From contig NW_026889772.1 of assembly GCF_033153115.1 (NCBI RefSeq), positions 1,984,001-2,048,000 of the forward strand: a DNA stretch of 64,000 nt, given 5' to 3'. The DNA is from Saccostrea echinata (Eukaryota). A program made the position numbers and the translations under genes. Of the stretch, positions 1 to 14,200 are shown in pieces. Within the stretch, counting starts at the first letter, position 1. The number at the start of each line of letters is the position of its first letter. The notes beneath the pieces are model-generated. The model saw nothing but the letters and a program-made list of their open reading frames with translations, was not told the origin of the DNA and did not search any database.

Positions 1-1034
1 ATCAAACATATAAAAAAGCTCTATATAACAATTGAGGAAAAAGTATAATTACTTTGAAAACTAAGAAAATATATTACTTATCATTAAAATACCTCAACAA
101 GACCAGAAGATAGTCATTAATCATATCATTCCAGCGTGTCTGTGACGTAGAGACGTATCATAAAAATATTTAATTAGTTTTCAGCTTATGATTCATTTTT
201 TATATAGGTTTTTTAGTTGTTTTTTTTTTAATTTCAATTTTCCCCCAGGAGGAGTGGGGGTAGGGAGGGGGTGTTTCTTTTTTGTTTTATCGCATAATCT
301 TCCTTCTCGATACAGTGTATGTATATATGTGTGTGTTTATCGTACATGTAAAATAGAATTACGCAAGGCTTACAATCAGCTTCTGTCATACAATCTATTA
401 AAACAAAGTTACTTTAAACACAAATATCCGGTTTTCTCGAATCTCATCACTTTCAGTCACTGACACTGCCTCGCTCATTGAATCTATGTTGTTTTTTATT
501 ATTCTTTTTTTTTTTCAAATATTTTCCTCTTTTTATTAGTCATCGTTTATTAAATTGATACATAACGTGTTTACCTTGTTTTTATCTTGTAAATAATTTA
601 ACGCGAGCTTCGTAGTCAGCTGTTGATGTATTGATCAAACATATGAACATGCCAGACAGTTTAATTCTATTTTTATTACTTATGATCGGAGATTTAGCTG
701 TAAACTTGATTTTGCCAGAAATGCAATTCAGATCTGGTGCCATCAGTGTAAGAACAAATACACAAAAATATCTTTCATATTAATAGGACTATGGCTGAAC
801 AGAAAAAAAGAAATATTGGAATTAATTACGGAAAATTCAAGGGCAAGTCAATACATTGTCCTATGCCGATTGTTGACTGGGATAATGATAGAAAAGATTG
901 ATACAGAAGTGCCGTGGTACGGCGTTAGCCTGTTATAATGCGAATGTGATGCGAGGCGTAGCAAGCCCGATAGAGTTCACTGGCTGAGGGAGACAGCTGT
1001 GTGTCTTGTTGGTTTATATGGGGGGACTGTCACC

Positions 1035-1851
1035 ATGGGAGGAAAGAAATCTAAATATCAGAGCATGGAGGGGTAGGTAGAACGCGCGCTACAGAGCGCG
1101 TGCTTGATTGCGCGGTGTATCTGCACTTCATTATACTTGGAGAAAATCATGAATTCCGTTGCGATGTTATTTTTTTCTATGATAGAGCTTTATAGGGACT
1201 TGACTGAAATGTGATACGTGGTAGGCGGACCAAGTTACTGTTCTAACATTGTTCTTTTTTTTAATTTTACAATATTAAAACACTTCAAAATTTTTGTGAA
1301 AAAAAAGATAATTAAGATTTAGCAATTGTCATTTAGAGCATTGATGAATTCGGTATAAATATATGCATGCATCAAAGCAGAAATCGATGGCATCTGGTTA
1401 ATTTTTCATTTCTGCATAATATGACTTGATGTTGAGATTTTCTACGTGAGAAGGGAGTTACAACATGCACTAGCTCAATGACGAAGAAAAATGACTTTTT
1501 TTTTGTTTTGTTTTTGGCTTCAGGTGCTCATTTTAAAGTGCTTCAGTAAAATATAAAGAATAGCTGTAGAATCCCAATGATTTATATTGCTCAAATCTTT
1601 TTGATGTCTCATTTGCCTTTTTTAAACTTAAAAGAGGAATTTCCCCAATCCCCCTTCCCGACTCATTAATCTTTCAAGTCTTGTACTGTACATAATGTTG
1701 CACAAAATATCGATAGTAAAACAAGTGTATCTGCAATTAATAAAGTCTCAATATTACCTCTGTATGTGGTGAAAGTTGTTACTCTTAAAAAATCGAATTC
1801 ACGTTTATATCTCCCTATAACTTTTAAACCTCACTATGGTGAACATATGTT

Positions 1852-1908
<57 letters not shown>

Positions 1909-3642
1909 AGTTTTTCAAGGTGTTAATTTAACCATGATCAAACAACATATTTTATCAAGCAGCTTTTTTAAAGTCATATGAGACTCACAAATGTTTAAAT
2001 ATGAAACATGACCTTGGAAAAAATGTTCATTACAGGCCTGAAGGAAGCAAAATCAGCTTGGGGCACGACCAAATGTTTTCATCAGACGTAATTATTGAGG
2101 GGGGCCACACCCATAAAGAAGCTTTGTTTTGTGTAGTATATTATTTATCGGCAAAATTATTGGGGGAACCCCCCCCCCCTCCGGTTTCTACAGCCATGCA
2201 TTATGTGTATGAAAAAAAAAGTGTTACGATGGGTGGTCATCTTAAGTGTTGTGCATTCAATTCAGTGTTGTTGTATTACTGACCACGGCATTGCATAGCA
2301 ATCCGGATATTTAAGTGTTGATAAAAATATCTAATTGCAGTAAATGCACAACAGCCAAAGATGATGCTTCTGAAAAGAAGGGGGCGGATCCAGACCCAAT
2401 CGATTACGAGAAGCTCTATTTCAAGGCCGAATTTACCGCCATGGACAAGGAATACCGCGGGAAATTGACCACGGCGGAGTTTGTCAAACTGATGATGTTT
2501 CTGGGATATGGAGAGAGGTGGAAAGTGGAGGTCAGTGTCATCTAATTAAAATTAGATCCACTCTCACGTACATTATTCAGTAAAGCGAGTACTCAAGCGG
2601 ATCTAACATTAAGTGTAGCGAGATTGAGAGGGGATATGTATGAAAGCGGATCTAACAATTGGTGTAGCGAGTATGCGAGCGCGGATCTAACATACAGTGC
2701 AAGTAGATCTAACATTGAGTTTAGCGAGTATGCGAGCGGATCTAACATTTAGTAAAGCGAGTATGCGAGCGGATCTAACATTTAGTGTAGTGAGCATGAG
2801 AGCGGATCTAACATTTAGTGCAGTGACCATGAGAGCGGATCTAACATTTAGTTAGCGAGTATGCGAGCGGATCTAACAGTTAGAGTATCAAGTATGCGAG
2901 CGGATCTAACGATTAGTGCAGTGAGCATTAGAAAGGATCTTATAGACTGAGGTCTGCAAGAAATGAACACCAGAATCGTTTCCTTTTTCTGAATAATAAC
3001 TTCGTCCATCTTTCTATCAACAGTTTTATGTGACGCAATAATTTGAGTCTCTTCATTTAGAAGGGTTTCTTGTTAATAGTTTTGTTGCAAAGTTAACATC
3101 TATTTCTATTTATGGACTTGTAGGAGCTGCTTAAATCTATCAATATCGAGGGAGATGGATTTATTACTATTGACGAATTCTACGACGCCATGAGCCGCCC
3201 TGGTGTAAAGGACGGGTGAGTGACACTCAAACATACACTGTGGATACTGAAATTACGACACGGTTAAACATTAATATCTAGAAAATCGATTTCTTGTATA
3301 TCATGTCAAAGTCAATTAGAAGTCCAACCACTGTTTACTTTGTGCATTAAAAACTCAATCTCGAATCCTCGGATACAGTATTTCCAAGTTTTTTCAGAGT
3401 CTCTGGTTTTTTCCAGGACCCACCACGTTCAAGATAATGAGGTTTTAATGTACTTTCCTACAACTCTTCAATTATGTCTAATTAATGAAATTTATGGCTG
3501 AATTCGATTAAGAGATTAAATACTTTATTAATGATACCGTCTTTCTACTTTGATATTTATTTTCAGAACATCAAGGTTACGAAATATCTTCTTTAAGTTT
3601 GATGATAACAAGGATGGACGCGCGACAAAGGAACAGATACTT

Positions 3643-3674
<32 letters not shown>

Positions 3675-3783
3675 TGACGAAATAAAGGACAAGGTCAACA
3701 AACTGGACACCAACAATGACGGCAAAGTGGCTTATCAGGACTTTGTCCAGAGTCAGCTGGTGACGAAAGGTGTTCTCCACTAG
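1035..3783 (+). CDS. Calmodulin-like 4-EF-hand calcium-binding protein with N-terminal myristoylation motif (4 coding exons, 178 aa)
   Basis: Exons 1035-1072, 2341-2530, 3124-3215, 3567-3783; all GT-AG, phases 2/0/2 consistent, 537 nt total. Kozak caccATGg; N-terminus MGGKKSK; EF-like loops DKEYRGKLTTAE, NIEGDGFITIDE, DDNKDGRATKEQ, DTNNDGKVAYQD; AATAAA at 4065. Confidence 0.88.
1857..1907. repeat. (GA)n microsatellite
   Basis: About 25 GA units in intron 1 of the EF-hand gene. Confidence 0.98.
2585..2942 (+). repeat. ~33-bp minisatellite (gcgagtatgcgagcggatctaacatttagtgta) in intron 2 of the EF-hand gene
   Basis: About 10 degenerate copies of a gcggatctaaca core. Confidence 0.9.
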
Positions 3784-4969
3784 CGGAAGAAATCTCCACT
3801 AGGGGGAGATAATCAGCTACTGGCAGACATTGAGTTCAGTTATTGCATTTGGTGGTTAAGGGAAGGTGAGCTCTACTGAGGAATGACGAATTGGATTTTT
3901 TTATGAAGAACATTAATGTAACAAGACTGGGATAACTCAGAGTTGATCGATGTATTCATTTACTATATCTTTTTACTTTACTATATTTATTTCTTTATTT
4001 ATATTTTATCTACTTGAGAGAGTTCTCTACTTTTGATTGATTTCAGTATTTGACAGCTTTAATGAATAAAATGTGCAAGTTTTATCAATTCACTATTATG
4101 TGTTATGTTTATTTATGTGCAAAAAGAAGCAAATTTATAAACTATTTACCATTTATTGTTTTGGACAATACTGAAAAATTGTCACATTACTCATAGCATA
4201 ATATCACTGTATGGTACTTAGAAACTACACTATAACTTTGCAAATATATCCTAAAACAACATCTCTGAAAAAACCACATTCATAACAACAACAGCTGTTT
4301 GTGCTTACATTTGAAATATTTTCTGACAATTGATTCACATGAAAGTTTGTATGCTAAAAATTTCCTTTCTGGTCTGTACAGAAAACAATAAGTGAAAAAA
4401 ATCTAGCTATCACAAAAATCTTGATTGGGTAAACTGCTTCAGACCAATGTTCCAAAAATTCATCATTTAAATCTAAAATACATTTAATATTCGAATATGA
4501 AGTGAAATCAATATATAAGATCTGTATAAAATCTATAGAACAATGGTAACAAAGTCAAATAATCTACAAACATTTCCCTGTAAAGCATCATCCCAAATAA
4601 ATAAATAATGGACGGTATGATGTCAATAGAATCCATAATCCAAGTACCGGAGGGACTTGTAATACAAAACAAGTACTGCAAATAATAAATATTGTAAAAC
4701 TAAAATCAATATATAAATAGTCAAAATATTAATGGTACATGTTAAAAAAGTCTAATCTTTAGCATTCACATTATCTAAAGTTACATATACATATGTTTCT
4801 AATTTCTGTTTACAAAAACTTTCTCAAGTAAAACAATTTTAAAAATCCCCTTCAGAGCACAATATCTTTACACACAATGGAATTTTTTGAAATCAAACAC
4901 AAAAAATTTAGTGGAATGAGACAGCAATGTATATGATGGACATGTATGGTTGATACCAGTTTTGGAATA

Positions 4970-5115
4970 CAGTCAAACCTTGTTATCTCAAACTCTATGG
5001 GACTGAGAAAAAACTTCAAGATTTCTGAACAATCCAGATATTGGGGGTTAAAATACAATAAGAAAATAGTGGTTGGGACTTTCAAATCAGAGTTTGAGAT
5101 ACCGAAGTTCAACTG
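4970..5115. mobile_element. Short Tc1/mariner-type MITE in the FBXO16 3' UTR region
   Basis: TA|CAGTCAAACC...AGTTCAACTG|TA: imperfect TIRs, TA TSD. Confidence 0.65.
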
Positions 5116-5200
5116 TATTTTAAAAGTAGACATCTATGATTGACTGGACTTTGGAATATCAACTGGATTTATGGCTGACTGGACACCAGGTTTTGGAACA

Positions 5201-8200
5201 TTAAATGTCTTCATCAGAATCCATGCCATCAGGAACTTTCCATGGTTTCTCTGGGAAAAGTCTGGCAGCTACAGAGAGAGGGAGAAAAGTAAGAAATAGG
5301 TGAATGGTTTCTACACTGTGTAGTAACATCAACAGCTACACCCCCAACCACCCCAATCAAGAAAATTATAGGACATCTTGTTTTTGGTACATGTTCACTT
5401 GTTTACTGCATAATTGCCCTGTTTCATAAAAATGTGATACCATAACCATAATCATGGTGTCTAAGCTTTATGTACAGATGACTCTTGATCTCTTGAAGTT
5501 CAAGGGACCATAAGAAAAGTTCGAGAGATCGGGGGGTTCGAGAGATAAAAAGTAAATAAAATCCGGAATTTTCAGTCCGATCATCATTGTTCTACTATTA
5601 TACATACAGAAGTATATGTTGATAATGTCATTACACGTTTTCATTCATATTTTACAGGTAAATCACTTGATTTTAATAACAATGATCGTGTTTTGAATAA
5701 ATAAAATGATTAATAAAAGTTTCAATATTTATTTGTTCTCATTTCATGATTACATGAAACCTGAATAGCAATTGTCGATATTGCTATCCCCCGGGCACGG
5801 GTTTGAACGGTCCTTCACAAGATTGCTCGTAATCGGTATACAATACTTGAGATAGGATTTCTTGTGCAATGTTTGCCAAACTGGGATTGTGTAGACTCTA
5901 ATAATATTAAAGTTCATTATCTATGGAAAACTACTGACACGTCCCTAAATTATTTTCTCAAAATTATCATCTCGTCCAGTCAAAATAAGTTGTGAAGCGA
6001 TTTGTTTATAATTTACCAATTAACCAATTAATTATAGCAACACTCAGACGACTCACAGGTGTAGTATCATGTAATCACCCAATTTACACGTCCATCCCAG
6101 CCCCAGGTGTTCACTGTTAAGTCCAAGCTGAATTAATTTTACGCTTGATTGACGTGTATACATGCGCAATCAAAACTTTGAGAGATAGAGAGTAAAAACA
6201 ATGAAATATGTGTAACGGGGCCCAAGTCTTGGTTCAAGAGATAGAGAACTTCGAGAGATTGGGAGTTCGAGAGATCAGGAGTAAATTTGCTTAGTTATAT
6301 AGAGGAAAAAAACGGGACCGGAGGTTCACTTCGAGAGATCGAGAACTTCGAGAGATCGGAGTTTGAGCCATCAAGAGTCACCTGTATATAATATACAGAG
6401 AAAATCAAGATCAAACAGAGAAATTGGTCACATCTAAGGCATCAACTTCTGTGGACACTTCTTTTGGTGCACGTTTTTATGAAACTTTCATTCTTTTAAT
6501 ACAATACAGGCAAATTTCATTCTTTTTTCTGTTTGTTTGTTTGTTTTTGTTTTGTACATGTAAATAAATTGATTTCTCCCTTATTACTACAGAAATCTTT
6601 ACAAATCTAGTCATAAAAACAGTTGGTGAGGACATACATAATATCATATGATTTATATTTTCACTGTGTTACTTAAGGAGTTATCAGGTTACTTCTGGTA
6701 AATGCAAACTGGTGTTTGAGAATGTATTATTTATTCCTCAATCATTGGATGTTGTATGTGCTGTTCACTATGTGAACTCCACAATAAGCCAACTTCTTGT
6801 GCACAACAATTTTTTGCTACATATTCATTCATTTTAAGAATCTGTGATGATTTAAAATAAATATGGAAATATATTATAATACAGAGAATGATTTGGAAAG
6901 ATTAAAGCTGATAATATCTACATTTTAAGCTGGTTTCTTAATATTGGTAGAAATAGCCATTATTAATAAATTCTTTTGTTTACAGTAACAGGTAATTGTT
7001 TTCTTCTTGTTATGAGCCATATGTTGTATAAGCATATATATTACAAATCAGCATGAGATACTCACTGGGCGGGTCTCTTTCTGATCTTGCTGTTACAGGT
7101 CGTGACCCTGATTTGATTGGTGAAAATGTCTGTGAAGAATTGATAGTATTGCGAGTTGGACTTATGTTGCGTTTGTTTTTATCCACGACCTTGGCCTCAA
7201 ATGACACATAGGGTGAGTTCATGGTCGCCCACTGGGGTCTCTGATTCGTCATGGCGTCCTCCGAATAACTTAACAGCTACAACGAGAATTCAAACTTACT
7301 GAGTTAGTGACCTCCGAATAACTTAAAAGCTACTACGAGAATTCAAACTTACTGAGTTAGTGATATTCTTGTGTAATGATGGCATTCAATTCTTATGATG
7401 ATACTGTTCAGTAGATTACTTGAAATATTTTATGCTGTTTGTTATTTGGCTGATAGGATCTGCCACTTTTTGTGAGTTTATCTCAGAGTTGAAAGCCAAT
7501 TAGCAAGGGAATAGGAAACAAAAAGCAAGACAAGGGATCAGGAAATATAGCAAGGCAAAGGAATAGGACAGATAGCAAGTCAAGGGAATAGGAAAGAAAC
7601 AGCAAGGCATGGGAATAAGAAACAAACAGCAAGGCAAGGGAATAGGAAACAAACTGCAAGACAAGGGAATAGGAAACAAACTGCAACGCAAGGGAATAGT
7701 AGAAAACAGCAAGGCAAGGGAATAGGAAACAAACAGCAAAACAAGGGAATAGGAAGCAAACAGCAAGACAAGGGAATAGGAAACAAACAGCAAGGCAAAG
7801 GATTAGGAAACAAACAGCAAGGCAAGGGATTAGGAAACAAATAGCAAGGCAAGTGAATAGAAAACAAACAGCAAGGCATGGGAATGAGAAACAAACAGCA
7901 AGACAAGTGAATAGAAAACAAACAGCAAGGCATGGGAATGAGAAACAAACAGCAAGACAAGGGATTAGGAAACAAACAGCAAGACAAGGGATTAGGAAAC
8001 AAATAGCAAGGCATGGGAATGAGAAACAAACAGCAAGACAAGGGATTAGGAAACAAACAGCAAGACAAGGGATTAGGAAACAAACAGCAAGTTGGATTTA
8101 TATAACTTCCTATTATACCTTGATCTTCAATGGCTACATATGTTTCTATTTGCTTATGACATTAAGTGATGTAGAAACACAAAAAGGTACGATATAAAAG

Positions 8201-11200
8201 GACAAGGTATGGTAACGGCAGAATCTGGCCCCTTATCTGATGTAAAAATCAGAAGACAAAACTTTGATAGTTTGTAGTTAACACCTTAAAATGATGCTTG
8301 TTTTAAAACCAGCGATAATTTTGATTCAAAGCTACATAGAGGCCACAAGAGGGTGCAGAAGTAGGACATTTTCCTGAATTTCCTCAATTCTGGTGGAATT
8401 TAGTCAAAATTGAGATACTTTTCACTTTGGGAAACATAGAGCAAAAGCCTGCCTATCTGAGATTTTTATACACAAGATGCATCTGATACTAGTGTATGAA
8501 ACATATAAAATTGGTAGATAGGCAAGCTTGTGCTTTATGTTTTCTGAAACAAATGTGCTGTAAAATCGATGAAAAATTGCATAAAAATGAGAAAATTCAG
8601 AAATTGACATAATTTCTGACCTTTCCATGACCTTTGTGTACCCCATAACTTAGAACCAATACTCATTTTGTGGCAGGGGTGACAACAGGTTTTTATTGAT
8701 AAACTGTTGCATCATTCTAAAAGACACCCCAAACCAGGGGTCAAAAAGGGGTCTTAGCCTATCTTATCCTTTATCTATTTGCCAACATCCTTAGATAAAT
8801 AGGGAAAAGGCAATTAAAGCACAATTATATATGAAACTTCAAATTTCGAAAACTTGATGATGAATGTTGAAGAAAACTTACAGATAGAGACTGGGACTTC
8901 CTGCTCTGATTTAGAACATTGGTTCCTGTCTTCACTTTACTCTTGGCATGCTTAGTGATGTCTTCTGCTTCATACCCATAGTATCCCCGCTCTCTCCTAC
9001 AAAATATCAATATAACCATAGTAACCCCGCTCTCTCCTACAAAATATCAATATAACCATAGTAACCCCACTCTCTCCTACAAAATATCAATATAACCATA
9101 GTAACCCCACTCTCTCCTACAAAATATCAATATAACCATAGTAACCCCGCTCTCTCCTACAAAATATCAATATAACCATAGTAACCCCGCTCTCTCCTAC
9201 AAAATATCAATATAACCATAGTAACCCCACTCTCTCCTACAAAATATCAATATAACCATAGTAACCCCGCTCTCTCCTACAAAATATCAATATAACCATA
9301 GTAACCCCGCTCTCTCCTACAAAATATCAATACAGTGGACCTTAAGATATCCGGTCGATTTTTAATGGGAACGAAATTTTTTAACGTTATTTTGTCTTGT
9401 TTAACCGGAATTCCGCGTTCTGTATCCGGACGGTCCTTTTTCACCACAAAATGAATTTTTACATTATATATTGGTTCATTTATCCGGACGATAATTTTTT
9501 AACTGGTCTGTCAAGTCTGCTCAGATTTCTTGATCTGGGTGTTAATTGTTGTAAAAACACTGGTCTGGTTGTTTGTTTTTAAAGATGATCACCTGCGACC
9601 TGTTATCAATGGCTTGCGCCAAGGTTAATTGTAGGTCGATAGGTACGCACGAGACTCTCGCTTCTCTAACATGGTTTTGATACGTTTTAATTAAGGAAAA
9701 TAATTTTATAAGTGTAGAATAATTTTTTTCGTAATTGGCAAATATATTTCTTTTACTGTTAGAATACAGTCGTAACATGGTTTTATGTATTTATAAACAT
9801 GATATCGGAGTTTTTTTATGCACAGTATTTTGTGCGCGAAACACATTCTATGATTTGATGACATTTAAAAATCACTTTCAAAATTACATTCGTTAATATG
9901 ATCTCGCTTTGGATGATTACGATTAGTGTTTGTATACATATGCAGATTATGTCACATTTAGCATTGATGGGCGTTCATATTAAATAAAACTCTACCGACA
10001 TTACCATACCGACATGGCTACTATAGGAGAAGTTGATTCATTAGACACTGGGAAGTAGAAATAATTAATGTGACCATATAAACACGTTTTTTTCCAATGA
10101 CACATGTACTTTTTATTTATTTAAACAAGTATTGAGTAGTACTAACTTATATTAAAGTATTTAAACAATAAAACATATTGATAAAAAGCAACATTCTTCA
10201 CTATTGAAATGGTATGAAAGGCAATATAACTAAAATCAAGGCAATTCAGGTATCCGGACGCTTCACATATCCGGACATATTGACTGGGAACCAAAGAGAC
10301 CGGATAAATGAGGCTCCACTGTATAACCATAGTAACCCTGCTCTCTCCTACAAAATATCAATATAACCATAGTAACCCCACTCTCTCCTACAAAATATCA
10401 ATATAACAATAGTAACCCCACTCTCTCCTACAAAATATCAATATAACCATAGTAACCCCGCTCTCTCCTACAAAATATCAATATAACCATAGTAACCCCA
10501 CTCTCTCCTACAAAATATCAATATAACCCTAGTCATCCCGCTCTCTCCTACAAAATATCAATATAACCATAGTAACCCCGCTCTCTCCTACAAAATATCA
10601 ATATAACCATAGTAACCCCGCTCTCTCCTACAAAATATCAATATAACCATAGTAACCCCACTCTCTCCTACAAAATATCAATATAACCATAGTCATCCCG
10701 CTCTCTCCTACAAAATATCAATATAACCATAGTAACCCCACTCTCTCCTACAAAATATCAATATAACCATAGTAACCCCACTCTCTCCTACAAAATATCA
10801 ATATAACCATAGTAACCCCGCTCTCTCCTACAAAATATCAATATAACCATAGTAACCCCGCTCTCTCCTACAAAATATCAACATAACCATAGTAACCCCG
10901 CTCTCTCCTACAAAATATCAATATAACCATAGTAACCCCGCTCTCTCCTACAAAATATCAATATAACCATAGTCATCCCGCTCCCTCCTACAAAATATCA
11001 ATATAACCATAGTAACCCCGCTCTCTCCTACAAAATATCAATATAACAATAGCAACCCTGCTCTCTCCTACAAAATATCAATATAACCATAGTCATCCCG
11101 CTCTCTCCTACAAAATATCAATATAACCATAGTAACCCCGCTCTCTCCTACAAAATATCAATATAACCATAGTAACCCCACTCTCTCCTACAAAATATCA

Positions 11201-14200
11201 ATATAACCATAACCATAGTAACCCCGCTCTCTCCTACAAAATATCAATATAACCATAGTAACCCCACTCTCTCCTACAAAATATCAATATAACCATAGTC
11301 ATCCCGCTCTATCCTACAAAATATCAATATAACCATAGTAACCCCACTCTCTCCTACAAAATATCAATATAACCATAGTAACCCCACTCTCTCCTACAAA
11401 ATATCAATATAACCATAGTCATCCCGCTCTCTCCTACAAAATATCAATATAACCATAGTAACCCCACTCTCTCCTACAAAATATCAATATAACCATAGTC
11501 ATCCCGCTCTCTCCTACAAAATATCAATATAACCATAGTAACCCCACTCTCTCCTACAAAATACTAGGATATCCTTAATTAATAACCCCACACCCTACTA
11601 CAAATTATTAACATATAATCTTACATATAAACATATATCAACATATAACCTAACCCTAATACCTGAGTAACCCAAATAACCCTGACATCTCTTATTTAAA
11701 TATAATCATTATAGTCCAGACCTCTCTTACAATAAAAAATTATTCTTCAAAAAAAGTAAAACGTCAAAACTGTAATAACCCTGCTCTCACCCACAAAACA
11801 GATAAAATGTCAAAACTGTAATAACCCTGCTCTCACCCACAAAACAGATAAAATGTCAAAACTGTAATAACCCTGCTCTCACCCACAAAACAGATAAAAT
11901 GTCAAAACTGTAATAACCCTGCTCTCACCCACAAAACAGATAAAATGTCAAAACTGTAATAACCCTGATCTCACCCACAAAACAGATAAAATGTCAAAAC
12001 TGTAATTACCCTGATCTCACCCACAAAACAGATAAAATGTCAAAACTGTAATAACCCTGCTCTCACCCACAAAACAGATAAAATGTCAAAACTGAAATAA
12101 CCCTGATCTCACCCCAAAAAGAGGTAAAATGTCAAAACTGTAATGACCCTGCTCTCACCCACAAAACAGATAAAGTGTCAAAACTGTAATAACCCTGCTC
12201 TCACCCACAAAAGAGGTAAATGTCGAAACTGTAATAACCCTGCTCTAACCCACAAAAGAGGTAAAATGTCAAAACTGTAATAACCCTGCTCTTACCAACA
12301 AAACAGGTAAAATGTCAAAACTGTAATAACCCTGCTCTCACCCACAAAAGAGACAAAATGTCAAAACTGTAATGACCCTGCTCTTACCAACAAAACAGGT
12401 AAAATGTCAAAACTGTAATGACCCTGCTCTTACCAACAAAACAGGTAAAATGTCAAAACTGTAATAACCCTGCTCTCACCCACAAAAGAGGTAAAATGTC
12501 AAAACTGTAATAACCCTGCTCTAACCCACAAAAGAGGTAAAATGTCAAAACTGTCATAACCCTGCTCTCACCCACAAAAGAGGTAAAATGTCAAAACTGT
12601 CATGACCCTGCTCTCACCAACAAAACAGATAAAATGTCAAAACTGTAATAACCCTGCTCTCACCAACAATTAAGGTAAATTGTCAAAATTGTAATAACCC
12701 TGCTCTAACCAACAAAACAGATAAAATGTCAAAACTGTAATACCCCTGCTCCCACCCACAAAACAGATAAAATGTCAAAACTGTAATAACCCTGCTGTAA
12801 CCAACAAAACAGATAAAATGTCAAAACTGTAATAACCCTGATCTCACCCAAAAAAGTAAAATGTCAATACTGTAATGACCCTGATCTCACCCAAAAAAAA
12901 AGTAAATTGTCATTATGTAGCTTACTGGTACACTAACTTCTACACAGGCATATTCTTACCTGTACATGTACTTTCTTATTATAGATTTTAAAACAAGGCT
13001 ATATACATTGTAGATTACCTCTTTTTAACACTGTCAACATAATCATCATTTTCCAGAACATTATTCCTCCACGTGTCTTTAGGGTGGGGGTCAGACCCTC
13101 TCCAGGGTGTGATTTTCTGTTTGTCTTTACTGGTCCTCACTGACTTAGCCCGCTTTTTCTCCGTCTCCAGCTGCAGGTTTTCAAGCATCAGCGTTGTGTC
13201 CTATAAAAAAAATCATCAACATTATATAACTCGTAAAAATGTTAAAAAATAATTTATCTTTTTTATATAAATGTTAGTTTGATATTTCAGTGCACAGTGT
13301 ATTTTATTTACATAACTGGGTATACCAGATGACAAAGTTTTTTTTTAATTTGTCCTTACTCAGTAATGATTGGAGAAATAGATGTCCTTGATTTATCTTG
13401 ACCCTGCATTTATGACTCTACAGTCAGCATGTACTTGATATCTTACTATCTTGAGTCTAACTCACTGGCCTCGGATCACTTTTATCTGACTTACAAAAAA
13501 TATGGGGTGTAATAAAAGATAGATGTATGAAACGCTTTACATATGTTAACCACTTTTGCCAATGAAATACTAAAAGTTTACTTTCTTTTCAAATCTATTC
13601 ACATATAAACAATCTACTTTACTACCAAAGTTCATTCAAAAATTCCTAATACTTCCCAAGATATGGTGAAATCAATTCCAAAATTGACCCGTTTTTTTTT
13701 TACTTGAAATAAGCATGGGCCCCTGGTCATTCACATGTAAACAGACAGTGTTTGAACTGCAGCAAACAGTTGCATTGTATTTGCACAATCTATCAACAAT
13801 TTAAAGTTGATTTTTTTACTCTAGGCCTGTGGTCTAACTTAATGGGAGAACTTGATACTTTCACATTGAGCCTAAGTACATTAATGTCCTTGATGATTCC
13901 TTGAGTCTAGATACATCAATGCACATGATATTTTCTTACCTTGGGCCTATCTATATGAATGTATTTGATATTTTCCCAACCTACATTTGATTCATAGATA
14001 TACCTGACTCATTCTTACACAGGGTCTAGGTACATAGATATACTTGAGAGGTACTTGCTATTTTTTTAACCCTGGGTCTAGGTACATAGATTTACTTGAG
14101 AGGTACTTGCTATTTTTTTTACCCTGGGTCTAGGTACATTAAGTACTTGCTATTTTTTTTACCCTGGGTCTAGGTAAATTAAGTACTTGCTATTTTTTTT

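Noticed and set aside
2585-2942. EF-hand intron array as another splice-junction-derived array
   Set aside because: It contains ctaac..ttag but does not match either flanking exon boundary.
7483-8197. Cys/Leu-rich and RKQTAR-repeat ORFs
   Set aside because: Translations of a 27-bp intronic minisatellite; no splice or homology support.
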